Source of the DNA: an uncultured Chloroflexia bacterium
GTDB taxonomy: Bacteria > Chloroflexota > Limnocylindria > Limnocylindrales > CSP1-4
Direction of reading: 5' to 3'
Assembly (NCBI GenBank): GCA_963813335.1
Contig: CAWEYL010000003.1
Span: 288,001 to 352,000, forward strand
Length of the DNA stretch: 64,000 nucleotides
The position numbers were made by a program, and so were the translations under genes. Every line of letters starts with the position of its first letter. The stretch's first letter is position 1. Shown piece by piece: positions 13,483 through 24,519 of the stretch. A model generated the notes under the pieces. That model was not told the origin of the DNA. It did no database searches and was given only the letters and a program-made list of their open reading frames with translations.

Positions 13483-14725
<1,243 letters not shown>

Positions 14726-14737
14726 CGACGGATCGTG

Positions 14738-14769
14738 ACGCCCCGCCGGCTCTCGAGCCGACGGGGCGT
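14738..14769. terminator. Hairpin between convergent genes (probable bidirectional terminator)
   Basis: ACGCCCCGCCGGCTC-TC-GAGCCGACGGGGCGT stem with one mismatch. Confidence 0.6.
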
Positions 14770-14792
14770 TCCGTCCTCCAGGGAGCAGTCAG

Positions 14793-16202
14793 TCAGCCGA
14801 TGGAGGTGGCCGGGCGGATGTTCTGGTTCAGCGAGAACAGGTTCGACGGGTCGTAGCGGCGCTTGATGTCGGCCAGGCGCGGGTAGGCGGCGCCGGGGTA
14901 GGCCTCGTGGATGCGCCGGTCGCCCTCGACCCCGAGGAAGTTCGAGTAGACGCCGACCGAGCGGGCCGCGAGCTTCTCGTGGAGGGCCTCGGTCCAGGCG
15001 ACCTGCACGTCCTCGGTCGACGGGTCCTCGTAGTGGTCGAGGACCGCCACCATGATCGGGGCGTCGCGGTGGGCGAACGCGGTCGCGTCGGCGGGGACCC
15101 GGCCCATCGCGCCGCCGAGGACGCGCAGCTGGACCATCGCCATCGGCGAGGGCGCCGTGGCCATCGCGTCGAGCATCGCGTCGATCGCATCGTCCTCGAG
15201 CACGTCGAGGAACCGCGAGCGGCTCACACCGTACCCCGGGGCCTCAGCCGCGGCCGTGAACTGGTAGATGCCCGGGTACGGCATCGGCATCGCGAGGTCG
15301 ATGATGGGCTCGGCCACCTGGCGGAACGGCGCGATGGCCGCCTGCCCGTCGGCCGGCTCGCCGGCATACACGAACATCACCACCAGCGACAGCTGGCCCA
15401 CCTGCTTCGGCGCCACGAACGGCGCCGGCGGGATGCGCATCAGGAACGAGATCGTGGTGAGCTCATCCGGCGCGCTCGCCGCGATCGGCACGAGGCTGCG
15501 GAGGACCTCCTTGGTCGGCGGCAGGAAGAGGGCGCCGCCGAGGACTTCGCCGACGGGGTAGAGCGCGTACTGGAAGCGGGTGACCACGCCGAAGTTGCCG
15601 CCACCGCCGCGGACCGCCCAGAACAGGTCGGGGTGCTCGTCCTCGCTGGCTGTGATCAGGCGGCCGTCAGCCGTCACGATCTCGACCGCCTGCAGGGCGT
15701 CGACGGCCAGGCCGTACTTGCGCGCCAGCCAGCCGATGCCGCCGCCGAGCGTCAGGCCGGCGATGCCGACCGAACCGGTGTCGCCGAACGGCGTCGCGAG
15801 GCCATGCGCGGCCGCGGCCTGCGTGAACTCCATCGCGGTCAGGCCCGGCTGGGCCCACGCGACACGACGCTCGACGTCGATGTGAAGGCCCTTCATCCGG
15901 CTCAGGTCGAGGACGATGCCGCCGTCGACGCTGCTGTGGCCGGCGAGGCTGTGGCCGCCGGCACGGACCGCGATCTGCATCCCGGACTCCGCGGCGAGCG
16001 TCACGGTCCGCGCCACATCGCCCTGGCCGGCCGCACGCACGATCATCGTGGGATGGCGGTCGAAGGACAGGTCGTGGATCTGTCGCGCGCTGTCGTAGTC
16101 GGACTGCCCGGGAAGGATGAGTTCACCCAGGAGCTCGGCCTTGAACGCAGCGAGGTCGAACGGGTTGGCGAGATCGTGGCGGCGGGGTCGGAATGCTTCC
16201 AA
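14793..16202 (-). CDS. FAD-binding oxidoreductase with BBE domain
   Basis: [50 protein letters not shown]; TTG start after AAGGAG. Confidence 0.9.
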   Translation of the reverse strand: MEAFRPRRHDLANPFDLAAFKAELLGELILPGQSDYDSARQIHDLSFDRHPTMIVRAAGQGDVARTVTLAAESGMQIAVRAGGHSLAGHSSVDGGIVLDLSRMKGLHIDVERRVAWAQPGLTAMEFTQAAAAHGLATPFGDTGSVGIAGLTLGGGIGWLARKYGLAVDALQAVEIVTADGRLITASEDEHPDLFWAVRGGGGNFGVVTRFQYALYPVGEVLGGALFLPPTKEVLRSLVPIAASAPDELTTISFLMRIPPAPFVAPKQVGQLSLVVMFVYAGEPADGQAAIAPFRQVAEPIIDLAMPMPYPGIYQFTAAAEAPGYGVSRSRFLDVLEDDAIDAMLDAMATAPSPMAMVQLRVLGGAMGRVPADATAFAHRDAPIMVAVLDHYEDPSTEDVQVAWTEALHEKLAARSVGVYSNFLGVEGDRRIHEAYPGAAYPRLADIKRRYDPSNLFSLNQNIRPATSIG

Positions 16203-16348
16203 GGCCGTGGCTCCTTGCGGTGGTGTCGGAGGGGTACGGCGATGGTGCTGCGGCGGCATCCGGGCGGCGACCGACGCCCGTCGCCAGTCGGCATGGACAT
16301 CCGTCCACACCCCGGGGCGGGCGGCCAGGCGGCGCCCGGCCCGTTGCC

Positions 16349-18011
16349 CTACGACCGCTGGTGGCGGTAGAACGGGATCGGCTCGGGGGCGAGCGGGGTG
16401 TTGTCGAGGATGAGGTCGGCCGACTTCTCGGCCAGCATCATCACCGGGGCGTAGATGTTGCCGTTGGTCACGTACGGCATCGAGGACGCGTCGACCACCC
16501 GCAGCCCGTCCAGGCCGTGGACGCGCATCGTCAGCGGATCGAGGACCGACCCGTCGTCCAGGCCCATCCGGGCGGTGCACGAGGGATGCAGCGCCGTCTC
16601 GGCGTCGCGGGCGACCCAGTCGCGGATCTCGTCATCGGTGGTCACGGCCGTCCCGGGCGAGGTCTCGCCGCCGTTGTATGGGGCCATCGCCGGCTGGTTG
16701 AGGATGTCGCGCGCGACGCGCACGGCCTCGACCCATTCGCGCCGGTCCTGCTCCGTGGACAGGTAGTTGAAGCGGAGCGCCGGGTGCTGGCGCGGGTCCG
16801 TGCTCTTGAGCCGCACCGAGCCGCGGGCGTCCGAGTACATGGGGCCCACGTGGACCTGGTAGCCGTGACCCGCCGCGCCGGCGCTCCCGTCGTAGCGGAT
16901 CGCCAGCGGCAGGAAGTGGAACATCAGGTTCGGGTAGGCGACCTCCTCGTTGCTGCGGGCGAACCCGCCGCCCTCGAAGTGGTTCGTCGCGCCCGGGCCC
17001 GCGGCGGAGGAACAGCCACTGCGCCCCGATGAACGGCCGGCGCCACTTCTGCGTCGCCGACGGCTGCATCGAGACCGGCTGCAGGCTCGTGTACTGGATG
17101 TAGACCTCGAGGTGGTCCTGGAGGTGGTCGCCGACGCCCGGCAGGTCCTGCACGACCGGGATCCCCAGGCGTTCGAGGTCTGCGGCCGGGCCGACCCCGG
17201 AGAGCTGCAGGAGCTGCGGGGAGTTGATCGCGCCGCCGGCCAGGATCACCTCGCCGGCGTCGATCCGCTCCGTGCCGCCGCGGCCCCTGGCAACGTCGAC
17301 GCCGACGGCCCGGCCGCCCTCGAAGCGGATCCGCGTCACGAACTGGCGGGTCCGGACCTCGAGGTTCCGGCGGCCCATGACCGGGTGGAGGTAGGCGCGC
17401 GCGGCGCTGAGCCGACGCCCCCGGTGGATGTTGCGGTCGAACGGCGCGAAGCCCTCCTGCCGGTAGCCGTTGACGTCGTCGGTCAGGTGGTAGCCCGCCT
17501 CCTTGCAGGCCGCGAAGAACGCGGTGAAGAGCGGGTTGGTGGCCGGACCGCGCTCCAGCACCAGCGGGCCGTCATGGCCCCGCCACGGATCGTCGGCCGC
17601 GGCCGCCAGGCACGTCTCCATCTTCTTGAAGTAGGGCAGGCAGTGGGCGTAGTCCCAGGTCGCCATGCCGGGATCGGCCGCCCAGCGCTCGTAGTCGAGC
17701 GGGTTGCCGCGCTGGAAGATCTGCCCGTTGATGCTCGACGAGCCGCCGAGGACCTTGCCGCGGGCGTGGTAGATGCGCCGGCCGTGCATGAACGGCTCGG
17801 GCTCGGACTCGTACTTCCAGTCGTAGAACCGGCTGCCGATCGGGAAGGTCAGCGCCGCGGGCATGTGGATGAAGACGTCGAAGCGGTAGTCCGGCCGGCC
17901 GGCCTCGAGCACGAGCACGCGATTCGAGGGCGAGGCGCTGAGTCGGTTCGCGAGCGCGCTCCCGGCTGAGCCGCCGCCGACGATGACGAAGTCGTACCTG
18001 GTGCCCGGCAT
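16349..18011 (-). CDS. betA: Choline dehydrogenase (GMC oxidoreductase), +1 frameshift at ~16993
   Basis: [55 protein letters not shown]; split over two frames at GPG/ATNHFE. Confidence 0.88.
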
Positions 18012-18130
18012 GGTCCGGCGATGCTAGCAGCGCGGCTCCGCGGCGGAGGCACCGCACCGGACCGACGTACCCGGGCGCACCGGACCTGTGGGTCAGGGGT
18101 CCCCGGGGCGTCCCGCTCTACGGTCCGGTC

Positions 18131-18217
18131 ATGGGGATCGAGACCGTCGTCCTGCTCTTCGTCTGGCTGGTCATCGCCGAGGTCGTGCTGACCAAGCTGG
18201 TCAACGGCCCGGAGTAG
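18131..18217 (+). CDS. Candidate 28-aa single-TM small protein (MGIETVVLLFVWLVIAEVVLTKLVNGPE)
   Basis: ATG..TAG, GC-rich third codon positions, hydrophobic helix, fills an intergenic gap. Confidence 0.5.
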   Translation: MGIETVVLLFVWLVIAEVVLTKLVNGPE

Positions 18218-18220
18218 GCG

Positions 18221-19879
18221 TCAGCCTTTCACCCGGAACGTGGCCGCCCGCGCCCTGTCGGACAGGAGCGTGGTGCTGCCGGCCGCGTAGATCCTGATCC
18301 GCACCGAGTAGGTCCCCAGGCGTCGCGTCGCCGAGATGTACCAGGTCGGCTTGAACGTGCGCGTGACGCCGGCCGCGAACGACGCGTTGTCGTAGACCTT
18401 GCGGAAGACCAGGGTCCCCTTCGGGTCGTAGATCCGGACGTCGACCTTGGCCTTGGTCGCGGCCGACGCCCGCACCGAGACCGTGATCGTCTCCGTGTGC
18501 CGGCGCGCCCGGATCGCGGGCGACGCGGTCGCGCTGCGCACCCACGTGACCGTGGGCGGCGGTGGCGCCACGGGCGGTGGCGGCGTGCCGAAGCCCAGGT
18601 CCAGCCCGCCCGCTGCGTAGTAGGCGGCCGCTCGCTCGCGGAAGTAGCCGCCGTCGTCGTCGGCCGAGAGCGACGACCGGGTGTTGCCGTTGATCGCGGC
18701 CGGGTCCGTCACGCCGTCGTGCTGGCCGTCGCAGGCGCACGTCGTGCCGTCGGCGCCGCCGCCGAACAGGAGGGCGACGACCCCGGCGTCGCGCCACATC
18801 GCCAGGTGGGTGCCGCCCGGATCCTCGAGGAACCACTGCGCCCGGTTGTCCTGGTAGTGGCCCCACGTGTCGTTCATCGCGCGCATCTTCGTGTTGCCCA
18901 GGGGGATCTGCCAGACCACGACTCGATGGCCCGTGTCGGCGACGTACCCCGCGATGAACCTGGCGTAGCGGACGAAGTCGGCGTCGTCCCAGCGCGAGGC
19001 GCCGCCGTCGCCGTAGACGATCTGCTTGAACGACGCGTCCCGGTCGGCGATGTCGGTGAAGGTCAGGTCGAACGGGGCGCCGAGCGATCGGTAGAAGGCG
19101 CCGGCGCGTGCCGCCAGGGTGTCGACCTGCGAATCCGGGCTGTTCGAGTAGGCGATATCCCAGTTCGTGCCCCAGACCGAGAGGTGGTAGGCGAGCAGGA
19201 CGTTGGGCGCGAGCTGGTCGCGCAGCCGGACGATCGCCTTCGCGAACCCGGCGGCCGTGTTCGGGAGCCCCGTCAGGGCGGCGTCGCCGGAGCTCGCGAC
19301 GGACGCCGGGACCTGCGTGGCGTCATCGTTCGTGCCGGTCGCCTGCTCGATGTAGCCCCACAGGTCGGGCTCGACGTGGAGGATCACCGTCTGGTCGCCG
19401 GCCGCCCGCTGGAAGAACAGGCGCAGGTCGGCGTAGAAGGCGGCCATCGTCGTCGGGTTGGCGAGGTTGGAGAGGTCCTTGGCCGATTCGCTGCTGCCGC
19501 TGGCCGGGTTCGACTGCAGGAGCATGTAGTAGGGGAAGACCGCGATCGACCCGTGGTCGGCCGAGTCCTGGATGTACCAGCTGACGAACTGGCCGTTCGT
19601 GTTCCAGGTCGACCAGCCGTTGCCCGTGTTCACGCCACCGGCGAGGTACTGGTAGCGGAACTTGAACGGGGCGGAGGCATGCAGGGCGGCCGCCCCGCCG
19701 GGCGCGTCGGCGAGACCCAGCTCCAGCCGATCGGACGGCCACGATGCGGGGAGGGCCGGGAGCGCGGCGGCGGCACGCGTCGACGCGGGCGGCGCAGCCG
19801 TCCCCGTGACGAGGACGAGCACGACGGCGACCAGGATCGGCAGGCGACGGATGACCGGGACCCTCCAGCGTCCCCGCAT
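18221..19879 (-). CDS. Secreted glycoside-hydrolase-like protein with C-terminal Ig-like domain
   Basis: Signal peptide; aromatic-rich core (YQYLAGGVNTGNGW, LHVEPDLWGY, VVWQIPLGN); Pro linker; beta-rich tail. Confidence 0.65.
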   Translation of the reverse strand: MRGRWRVPVIRRLPILVAVVLVLVTGTAAPPASTRAAAALPALPASWPSDRLELGLADAPGGAAALHASAPFKFRYQYLAGGVNTGNGWSTWNTNGQFVSWYIQDSADHGSIAVFPYYMLLQSNPASGSSESAKDLSNLANPTTMAAFYADLRLFFQRAAGDQTVILHVEPDLWGYIEQATGTNDDATQVPASVASSGDAALTGLPNTAAGFAKAIVRLRDQLAPNVLLAYHLSVWGTNWDIAYSNSPDSQVDTLAARAGAFYRSLGAPFDLTFTDIADRDASFKQIVYGDGGASRWDDADFVRYARFIAGYVADTGHRVVVWQIPLGNTKMRAMNDTWGHYQDNRAQWFLEDPGGTHLAMWRDAGVVALLFGGGADGTTCACDGQHDGVTDPAAINGNTRSSLSADDDGGYFRERAAAYYAAGGLDLGFGTPPPPVAPPPPTVTWVRSATASPAIRARRHTETITVSVRASAATKAKVDVRIYDPKGTLVFRKVYDNASFAAGVTRTFKPTWYISATRRLGTYSVRIRIYAAGSTTLLSDRARAATFRVKG

Positions 19880-20018
19880 CGTCACCGCGCGAGCCGTCGA
19901 CGTCACTCCCTCGCTCGTCCCGTTCCGGGCCGTACGTTGATGGGTGCGTCCGGGCACCGGGCACGGCTCGGCGTAGGCTTGTCCGACGCTGCCGCCACGG
20001 GAGCGCTGGAGGTGCTCG

Positions 20019-20363
20019 ATGCAGATCCCCAAGCCCACCGAGGCCGACAAGGAGCGGTTCCGCTCGCTCGTCCCTGACGACGCCCGGGTCGAGGTGAAGC
20101 CGATGTTCGGCAACCTGGGCGCGTTCGTGCACGGGAACATGTTCATGGGGCTGTTCGGTTCGCAGGTCGGCGTCAAGGTCACGCCGGCGGACGCGGAGCG
20201 CCTCAGGGCCGCCGGCGGCGGGCCCTTCGGACCCGAGGAACGGCCGATGGGCGGCTACCTCACGCTGCCGCCGGCGATGGTCGGCACGCCCGACGGCGAT
20301 GCCTGGGTCGGGAACGCGCTCGAGCATGTCGCGGCGCTGCCGCCGAAGAAGGAGAAGGCATGA
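20019..20363 (+). CDS. TfoX/Sxy N-terminal domain family protein
   Basis: KPMFGNLGAFVHGNMFMGLFG..F.P..RPMGGY..LP. Confidence 0.8.
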   Translation: MQIPKPTEADKERFRSLVPDDARVEVKPMFGNLGAFVHGNMFMGLFGSQVGVKVTPADAERLRAAGGGPFGPEERPMGGYLTLPPAMVGTPDGDAWVGNALEHVAALPPKKEKA

Positions 20364-20746
20364 GCGGACTCGCAGACTCCCTGATGGTGACGACGGTCGC
20401 GGTCACCGACCTCGATCGGGCGAAGGGGTTCTTCGCCGACCAGCTCCAGCTGCCGATCCTCGACGAGCAGCCGTTCGCCATCCGGTTCGGTGCCGGGAAC
20501 GGGTCGCAGCTGTCGGTGCGACGCGGGCAGCCCAACGTCGGCCAGACGGTCGGGCATTTCGAGGTGGCGGACATCGTCGCCACCGTCGCCGAACTCTCGG
20601 CGCGCGGGGTCGAGTTCCAGGATTACGAGACCCCCAAGACCGTCGACTTCATCGCCCAGATCGGTCCGGCTCGGGGCGCCTGGTTCGTCGATCCGGACGG
20701 GCAGGTGTTCGGCGTTCGAGAGGGGCCGGTTCCCGGTCGCGGATGA
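20360..20746 (+). CDS. VOC/glyoxalase family protein
   Basis: VTDLDRAKGFF, FEVADI...V.EL..RGVEF, AWFVDPDGQV. Confidence 0.88.
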   Translation: MSGLADSLMVTTVAVTDLDRAKGFFADQLQLPILDEQPFAIRFGAGNGSQLSVRRGQPNVGQTVGHFEVADIVATVAELSARGVEFQDYETPKTVDFIAQIGPARGAWFVDPDGQVFGVREGPVPGRG

Positions 20747-20846
20747 CAGCCCGCCGAAACGCGCGAACGGGGGGACACGCAGGCGCTACTGTTGCCTCGT
20801 CGTTGACGTCTCCCGGCAAGGCCCGGTCGGTCTGAGGAGGGATCCC

Positions 20847-21086
20847 ATGATCCAGAACATCATCGGCGCCGCGGTCGGCGCGCTCGTGACCTATCTCCTG
20901 CTGGTCATCATGGTCGGCGGCCCGGCGGACAAGTTCGTGGCGCCCGTGGTCATCGGCGCGATCGTGTCTGCCGCGTGGCCGATCGCCATCGGCTTCTGGC
21001 TGGCTCGCCGCGCGAAGGCCCGCCGGGACGACAAGATCTCGGCCGAGGTCGAGCGCCAGGTCGCCGAACAGACCAAGGGCAACTGA
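20847..21086 (+). CDS. Small hypothetical membrane protein
   Basis: GAGGAGG RBS, two TM helices, charged tail. Confidence 0.7.
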   Translation: MIQNIIGAAVGALVTYLLLVIMVGGPADKFVAPVVIGAIVSAAWPIAIGFWLARRAKARRDDKISAEVERQVAEQTKGN

Positions 21087-21128
21087 CGCCCGCGATCCGG
21101 GTCGGGAGCCGGCCAGCGCCCGCCCGGA

Positions 21129-21431
21129 TCAGAGCCCGAGGAGCTGCGCCTTCTTGGCGGCGAATTCCTCTTCGGACAGGATCCCGGCGTCCTTCAGCTG
21201 GCCGAACTTCCTGAGCTGCTCGTACACGTCCTCCTGAGCCGGCGGCGCGGGGGGCGGCGGAGCGTACTGCGGCGGAGCCTGATAGACGGGCGCCGGCGCC
21301 GGGGCCGCGGCGTATGCCGACTGGTCCTCCTGCGCCCAGCGATTGGCCTGTCGACGCGAGACGCGATTGCTCACGGCCGTCGCGGTGCCCGCGATGACCG
21401 CGGTCCGGGCCATGCCTCCGATGAGTCCCAT
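21129..21431 (-). CDS. SHOCT domain protein
   Basis: ARTAVIAGTATAVSNRVSRRQ plus LKDAGILSEEEFAAKKAQLLG SHOCT motif. Confidence 0.88.
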   Translation of the reverse strand: MGLIGGMARTAVIAGTATAVSNRVSRRQANRWAQEDQSAYAAAPAPAPVYQAPPQYAPPPPAPPAQEDVYEQLRKFGQLKDAGILSEEEFAAKKAQLLGL

Positions 21432-21445
21432 GTCGTTCGCTCCTC

Positions 21446-21880
21446 TCAGGATTCGAGCGTATCGAGGGCAGCCAGGATGGCCTGGGTGGGGACGTGGCCG
21501 TAGGCGACGAGGTGACCTCCGGCCTTCCGGGCCGCCTTCCCGAATTCGAGCGACCACAGGTTCTCGTAGACGATCAGCAGACCGAGACTGTCCGGTTGCA
21601 GGGTGGCCGCCGCCGCGGCGGCGTCATCCGCGTCGAGCATCCCCGACGACGCGCCGGCCAGCGAGCCGAGGTCGCCGATCTGCGCCGCGTCGAGGTCCGC
21701 CGTGGTCAGCGCGTCGAAATCGCCCTCACCCCGCTTGGCGATGACCAGGACGTCGAGGATCCGGATCAGGCGCCGATCCACCAGGTCGAGCAATGGCGGG
21801 ACGAGTGCGCCGTCGAGCTTCTTGCCGACCGCCTCGATGAGCATGAAGTCGATCGAGCCGGTCTCGTCGATCTCTGACAT
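21446..21880 (-). CDS. DUF6325/DUF1269-like protein
   Basis: LLDLVDRRLIRILD, SGMLDADD, LIVYENLWS; usual partner of the adjacent SHOCT gene. Confidence 0.8.
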   Translation of the reverse strand: MSEIDETGSIDFMLIEAVGKKLDGALVPPLLDLVDRRLIRILDVLVIAKRGEGDFDALTTADLDAAQIGDLGSLAGASSGMLDADDAAAAAATLQPDSLGLLIVYENLWSLEFGKAARKAGGHLVAYGHVPTQAILAALDTLES

Positions 21881-22044
21881 CTGTCTGCACCTCGCTCCAT
21901 GGGCGTCACAGGGTCGCGTCCGCTCCATGGTAGATGACCGACACGTCGTCGCGCCGTCGTGCTGGCATACTGGCCGCGACGGGTGATCGGCGCCCGGACA
22001 TCGTGCTCGTGGCTCGGCCGCGTCGGAACGAGGAGGATCGATCA

Positions 22045-22308
22045 GTGGACCTGCAGCGTGACGCCGCCCGGCTCGCGTCCATCGCGACGAGCTTCATCTG
22101 GATCGGCTGGCTGTTCATCATCTACGCGCTCGTGGCTGGCGTGCTCTGGTGGATCGACCTCGTGCAGCGCCCGGCGTTCAACTTCCTGGAGGCGCTGGCG
22201 ATCTCCTCGGCAGCCATCGGGGTCCCGCTCTTCCTCGCGTTCATCGTTGCCGCCTTCGGATACGCCCTCCGGCTGTTCGCCCTCTACGTCGCCGGCAAGT
22301 CGCAGTAG
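22045..22308 (+). CDS. Hypothetical membrane protein
   Basis: GAGGAGG RBS before GTG; two TM helices. Confidence 0.7.
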   Translation: MDLQRDAARLASIATSFIWIGWLFIIYALVAGVLWWIDLVQRPAFNFLEALAISSAAIGVPLFLAFIVAAFGYALRLFALYVAGKSQ

Positions 22309-22324
22309 CCGGCGGGCCACCACC

Positions 22325-23806
22325 ATGACCCTGCGACACGTCGGCGCGCTCGCGGCGCTCCTCCTCCTCGTGGCCGGCTGCTCAGCCAGCGGCACGACCG
22401 ACCCGACCGCCGAGGGCGTCGGCGGGGAGCTGCAGGGGAGCACGTGGGTGCTCCAGTCGTTCGCGTCGAACGGCGTCCTTACGACCGTGCCGGACGACCA
22501 GTACGCGGATGCCGACTTCCGGGCGCAACGGGTCAAGGGGTTCGGTGGCTGCAATCAATACGACGCGGCGTATCGGACCGGCGGCCGGATGCTCCTGATC
22601 GGGCCGCCGGCGGTGACGCTGATGGCATGCGCCGAGAACGGGCTGTTCGAAGCCACCTACCTGAGCCTCCTGCAGCAGAGCCGCTTCTTCAACATCCGGG
22701 GCGACACCCTGACGATCCGCGGCGCGGACCGCTCGGTGCTGCTGGTGTTCGAGGTGCCGCCCGCCAACCCGCTGCTCGGATCGTGGGTCGTGGACTCGTT
22801 CGAATCGGCGCCGGGCAAGGTCACGGTCCCGCTCGATGGCACGACGCTGACCGCCGTCTTCCGCTTCGGCAAGGTGGCCGGCTCGGCCGGCTGCAACACC
22901 TACCAGGGCCCGTACACCACGAACGGCGACGCCGCGGCCATCGGGCCGCTCGCAACGACACTGATGGCCTGCGCCGAAGACGTGTCGGCCCAGGAGACGG
23001 CCTTCCTGACCGCGCTCCAGGGCGTGGCGAAGATCCAGACCCGGGCGCAGACCGTGCAACTCCAGGACCGCAACGGAAGCCTGGTCGTGGCCCTGATCCG
23101 GGCCTCCGCCGTCGAGCCGTCGCCGAGCCCGAGCGCCGCACCATCGGCAAGCGCGTCGGCCGGGCCGTCGGCATCGCCATCGGCGTCTCCGACCACCAAG
23201 CCCACCGCGAGCCCGAGCCCCACGCCGACCGCCAGTCCGACACCCGCGCCCACGCCGACGCCGACCGCCGTCCCGACCGCCTCGCCGGCGCCGACCCTCA
23301 GCCCGCCGCCCTCCCTGCCGGCGCTCGCGACCTGCACGGTGACCGCGTCGCCCGACGTGCCCGTGGCCACGCTCAAGTACCCCGCGACGTGGCACACGGT
23401 CGCGGCGCCGCCGACCCTCGCCTGCCGCTACTTCGACCCGAAGGCGATCACGGTGCCGGCCGATCCGACGACGCTCACGACCGCGGTCATGGTCAAGGCG
23501 GACCCGGTCGGCTCATACGCGGACGCGCTGACAGCCGCGACCAACCCGACCGCCTGGAACGTCCTGCGGAACGAGGCGTTTACGATCTCCGGGCTTCCGG
23601 CGACGCGCATCGAGGCGACGTCGACGGCCGGCAGCCCGGATGTTCCCGTCGGTTCCACCCGCTATGCCTACCTGATCGACTACGGCGGGCACCCCGTCTG
23701 GATCGAGACGGTGGGCACGGCCGGCGACTCGACGTACGTCTCGAACACGAAGGTCGTCGACCTCATCGCGGCCACGTCCACGTTCCAGACCCCGCCCGCT
23801 CCCTGA
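22325..23806 (+). CDS. Lipoprotein with two META domains, PS/PT linker and C-terminal domain
   Basis: Lipobox LVAGC; GFGGCNQY..TLMAC and GSAGCNTY..TLMAC META repeats. Confidence 0.85.
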   Translation: MTLRHVGALAALLLLVAGCSASGTTDPTAEGVGGELQGSTWVLQSFASNGVLTTVPDDQYADADFRAQRVKGFGGCNQYDAAYRTGGRMLLIGPPAVTLMACAENGLFEATYLSLLQQSRFFNIRGDTLTIRGADRSVLLVFEVPPANPLLGSWVVDSFESAPGKVTVPLDGTTLTAVFRFGKVAGSAGCNTYQGPYTTNGDAAAIGPLATTLMACAEDVSAQETAFLTALQGVAKIQTRAQTVQLQDRNGSLVVALIRASAVEPSPSPSAAPSASASAGPSASPSASPTTKPTASPSPTPTASPTPAPTPTPTAVPTASPAPTLSPPPSLPALATCTVTASPDVPVATLKYPATWHTVAAPPTLACRYFDPKAITVPADPTTLTTAVMVKADPVGSYADALTAATNPTAWNVLRNEAFTISGLPATRIEATSTAGSPDVPVGSTRYAYLIDYGGHPVWIETVGTAGDSTYVSNTKVVDLIAATSTFQTPPAP

Positions 23807-23815
23807 GGGTTCGCG

Positions 23816-24484
23816 ATGGGCTCGACGACGGCCCGCCAGCGCGCGTGCGAGGAGGTCGTCCGGTACGGCCGCCGGCTGCAGGCCGAGGGGCTCGTGCACT
23901 GGACGTCCGGCAATCTCTCGTTACGCGTCGAAGGCGACGCCGACCTGATCGCGATGACGCCGAGCGACACGCCCTACGACACGATGGAGCCGGAGGACGT
24001 CTGCCTCGTCCGGAGTGACGGGTCCATCGTGAGCGGTCGACGCGGACCGACGTCCGAGTTCCCGCTCCATACCCTCGTCTACCAGCGACGGGCAGAGGTC
24101 GGCGCCATCGTCCACACCCACAGCCGGGCGGCGATGACGATGGCGACGCTCGGCTGGACGCTGCCGCCGATCCTGACCGGTCTCGTCGAGGCGTCGGGCG
24201 GCGCCGTGTCCGCCGCGCGCTACTCGCGGCCGGGGACCGCGGAGATGGCCGACTTCACGGCCGACGCCCTCCGCGACCGCGGGGTGTGCTTCCTCCGGCA
24301 CCACGGCCTGCTGGCCATCGGGGCGACCATCCAGCGCGCCTTCAAGGCGGCTGCGGTGACAGAGGCGGCGGCGGATGTCTACCTCCGGGCGCGCCAGTTC
24401 GGCGAGGTCCCGGAGCTGCCGGCGAGCGAGGTCGAGTGGATCGCGAGCGCCTGGCGGGAGCAGTGGGGCGGCGAGGCAGGCTGA
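23816..24484 (+). CDS. Class II aldolase/adducin family (fuculose-1-phosphate aldolase-like)
   Basis: SGNLS, PTSEFPLH, IVHTHS, LRHHGLL motifs. Confidence 0.9.
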   Translation: MGSTTARQRACEEVVRYGRRLQAEGLVHWTSGNLSLRVEGDADLIAMTPSDTPYDTMEPEDVCLVRSDGSIVSGRRGPTSEFPLHTLVYQRRAEVGAIVHTHSRAAMTMATLGWTLPPILTGLVEASGGAVSAARYSRPGTAEMADFTADALRDRGVCFLRHHGLLAIGATIQRAFKAAAVTEAAADVYLRARQFGEVPELPASEVEWIASAWREQWGGEAG

Positions 24485-24519
24485 TCAGGTGTTCGCGGCA
24501 GCGCTGCGCGTCCGGCCCC

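Noticed and set aside
16985-17000. Programmed ribosomal frameshifting in betA or the other split genes
   Set aside because: There are no slippery heptamers or shared stimulatory signals; six unrelated genes show the same +1 pattern, which is better explained by sequencing error.
20747-20846. c-di-GMP-type riboswitch before the small membrane gene
   Set aside because: Only a superficial GAAA/GGGAC resemblance; the required paired stems are not identifiable.
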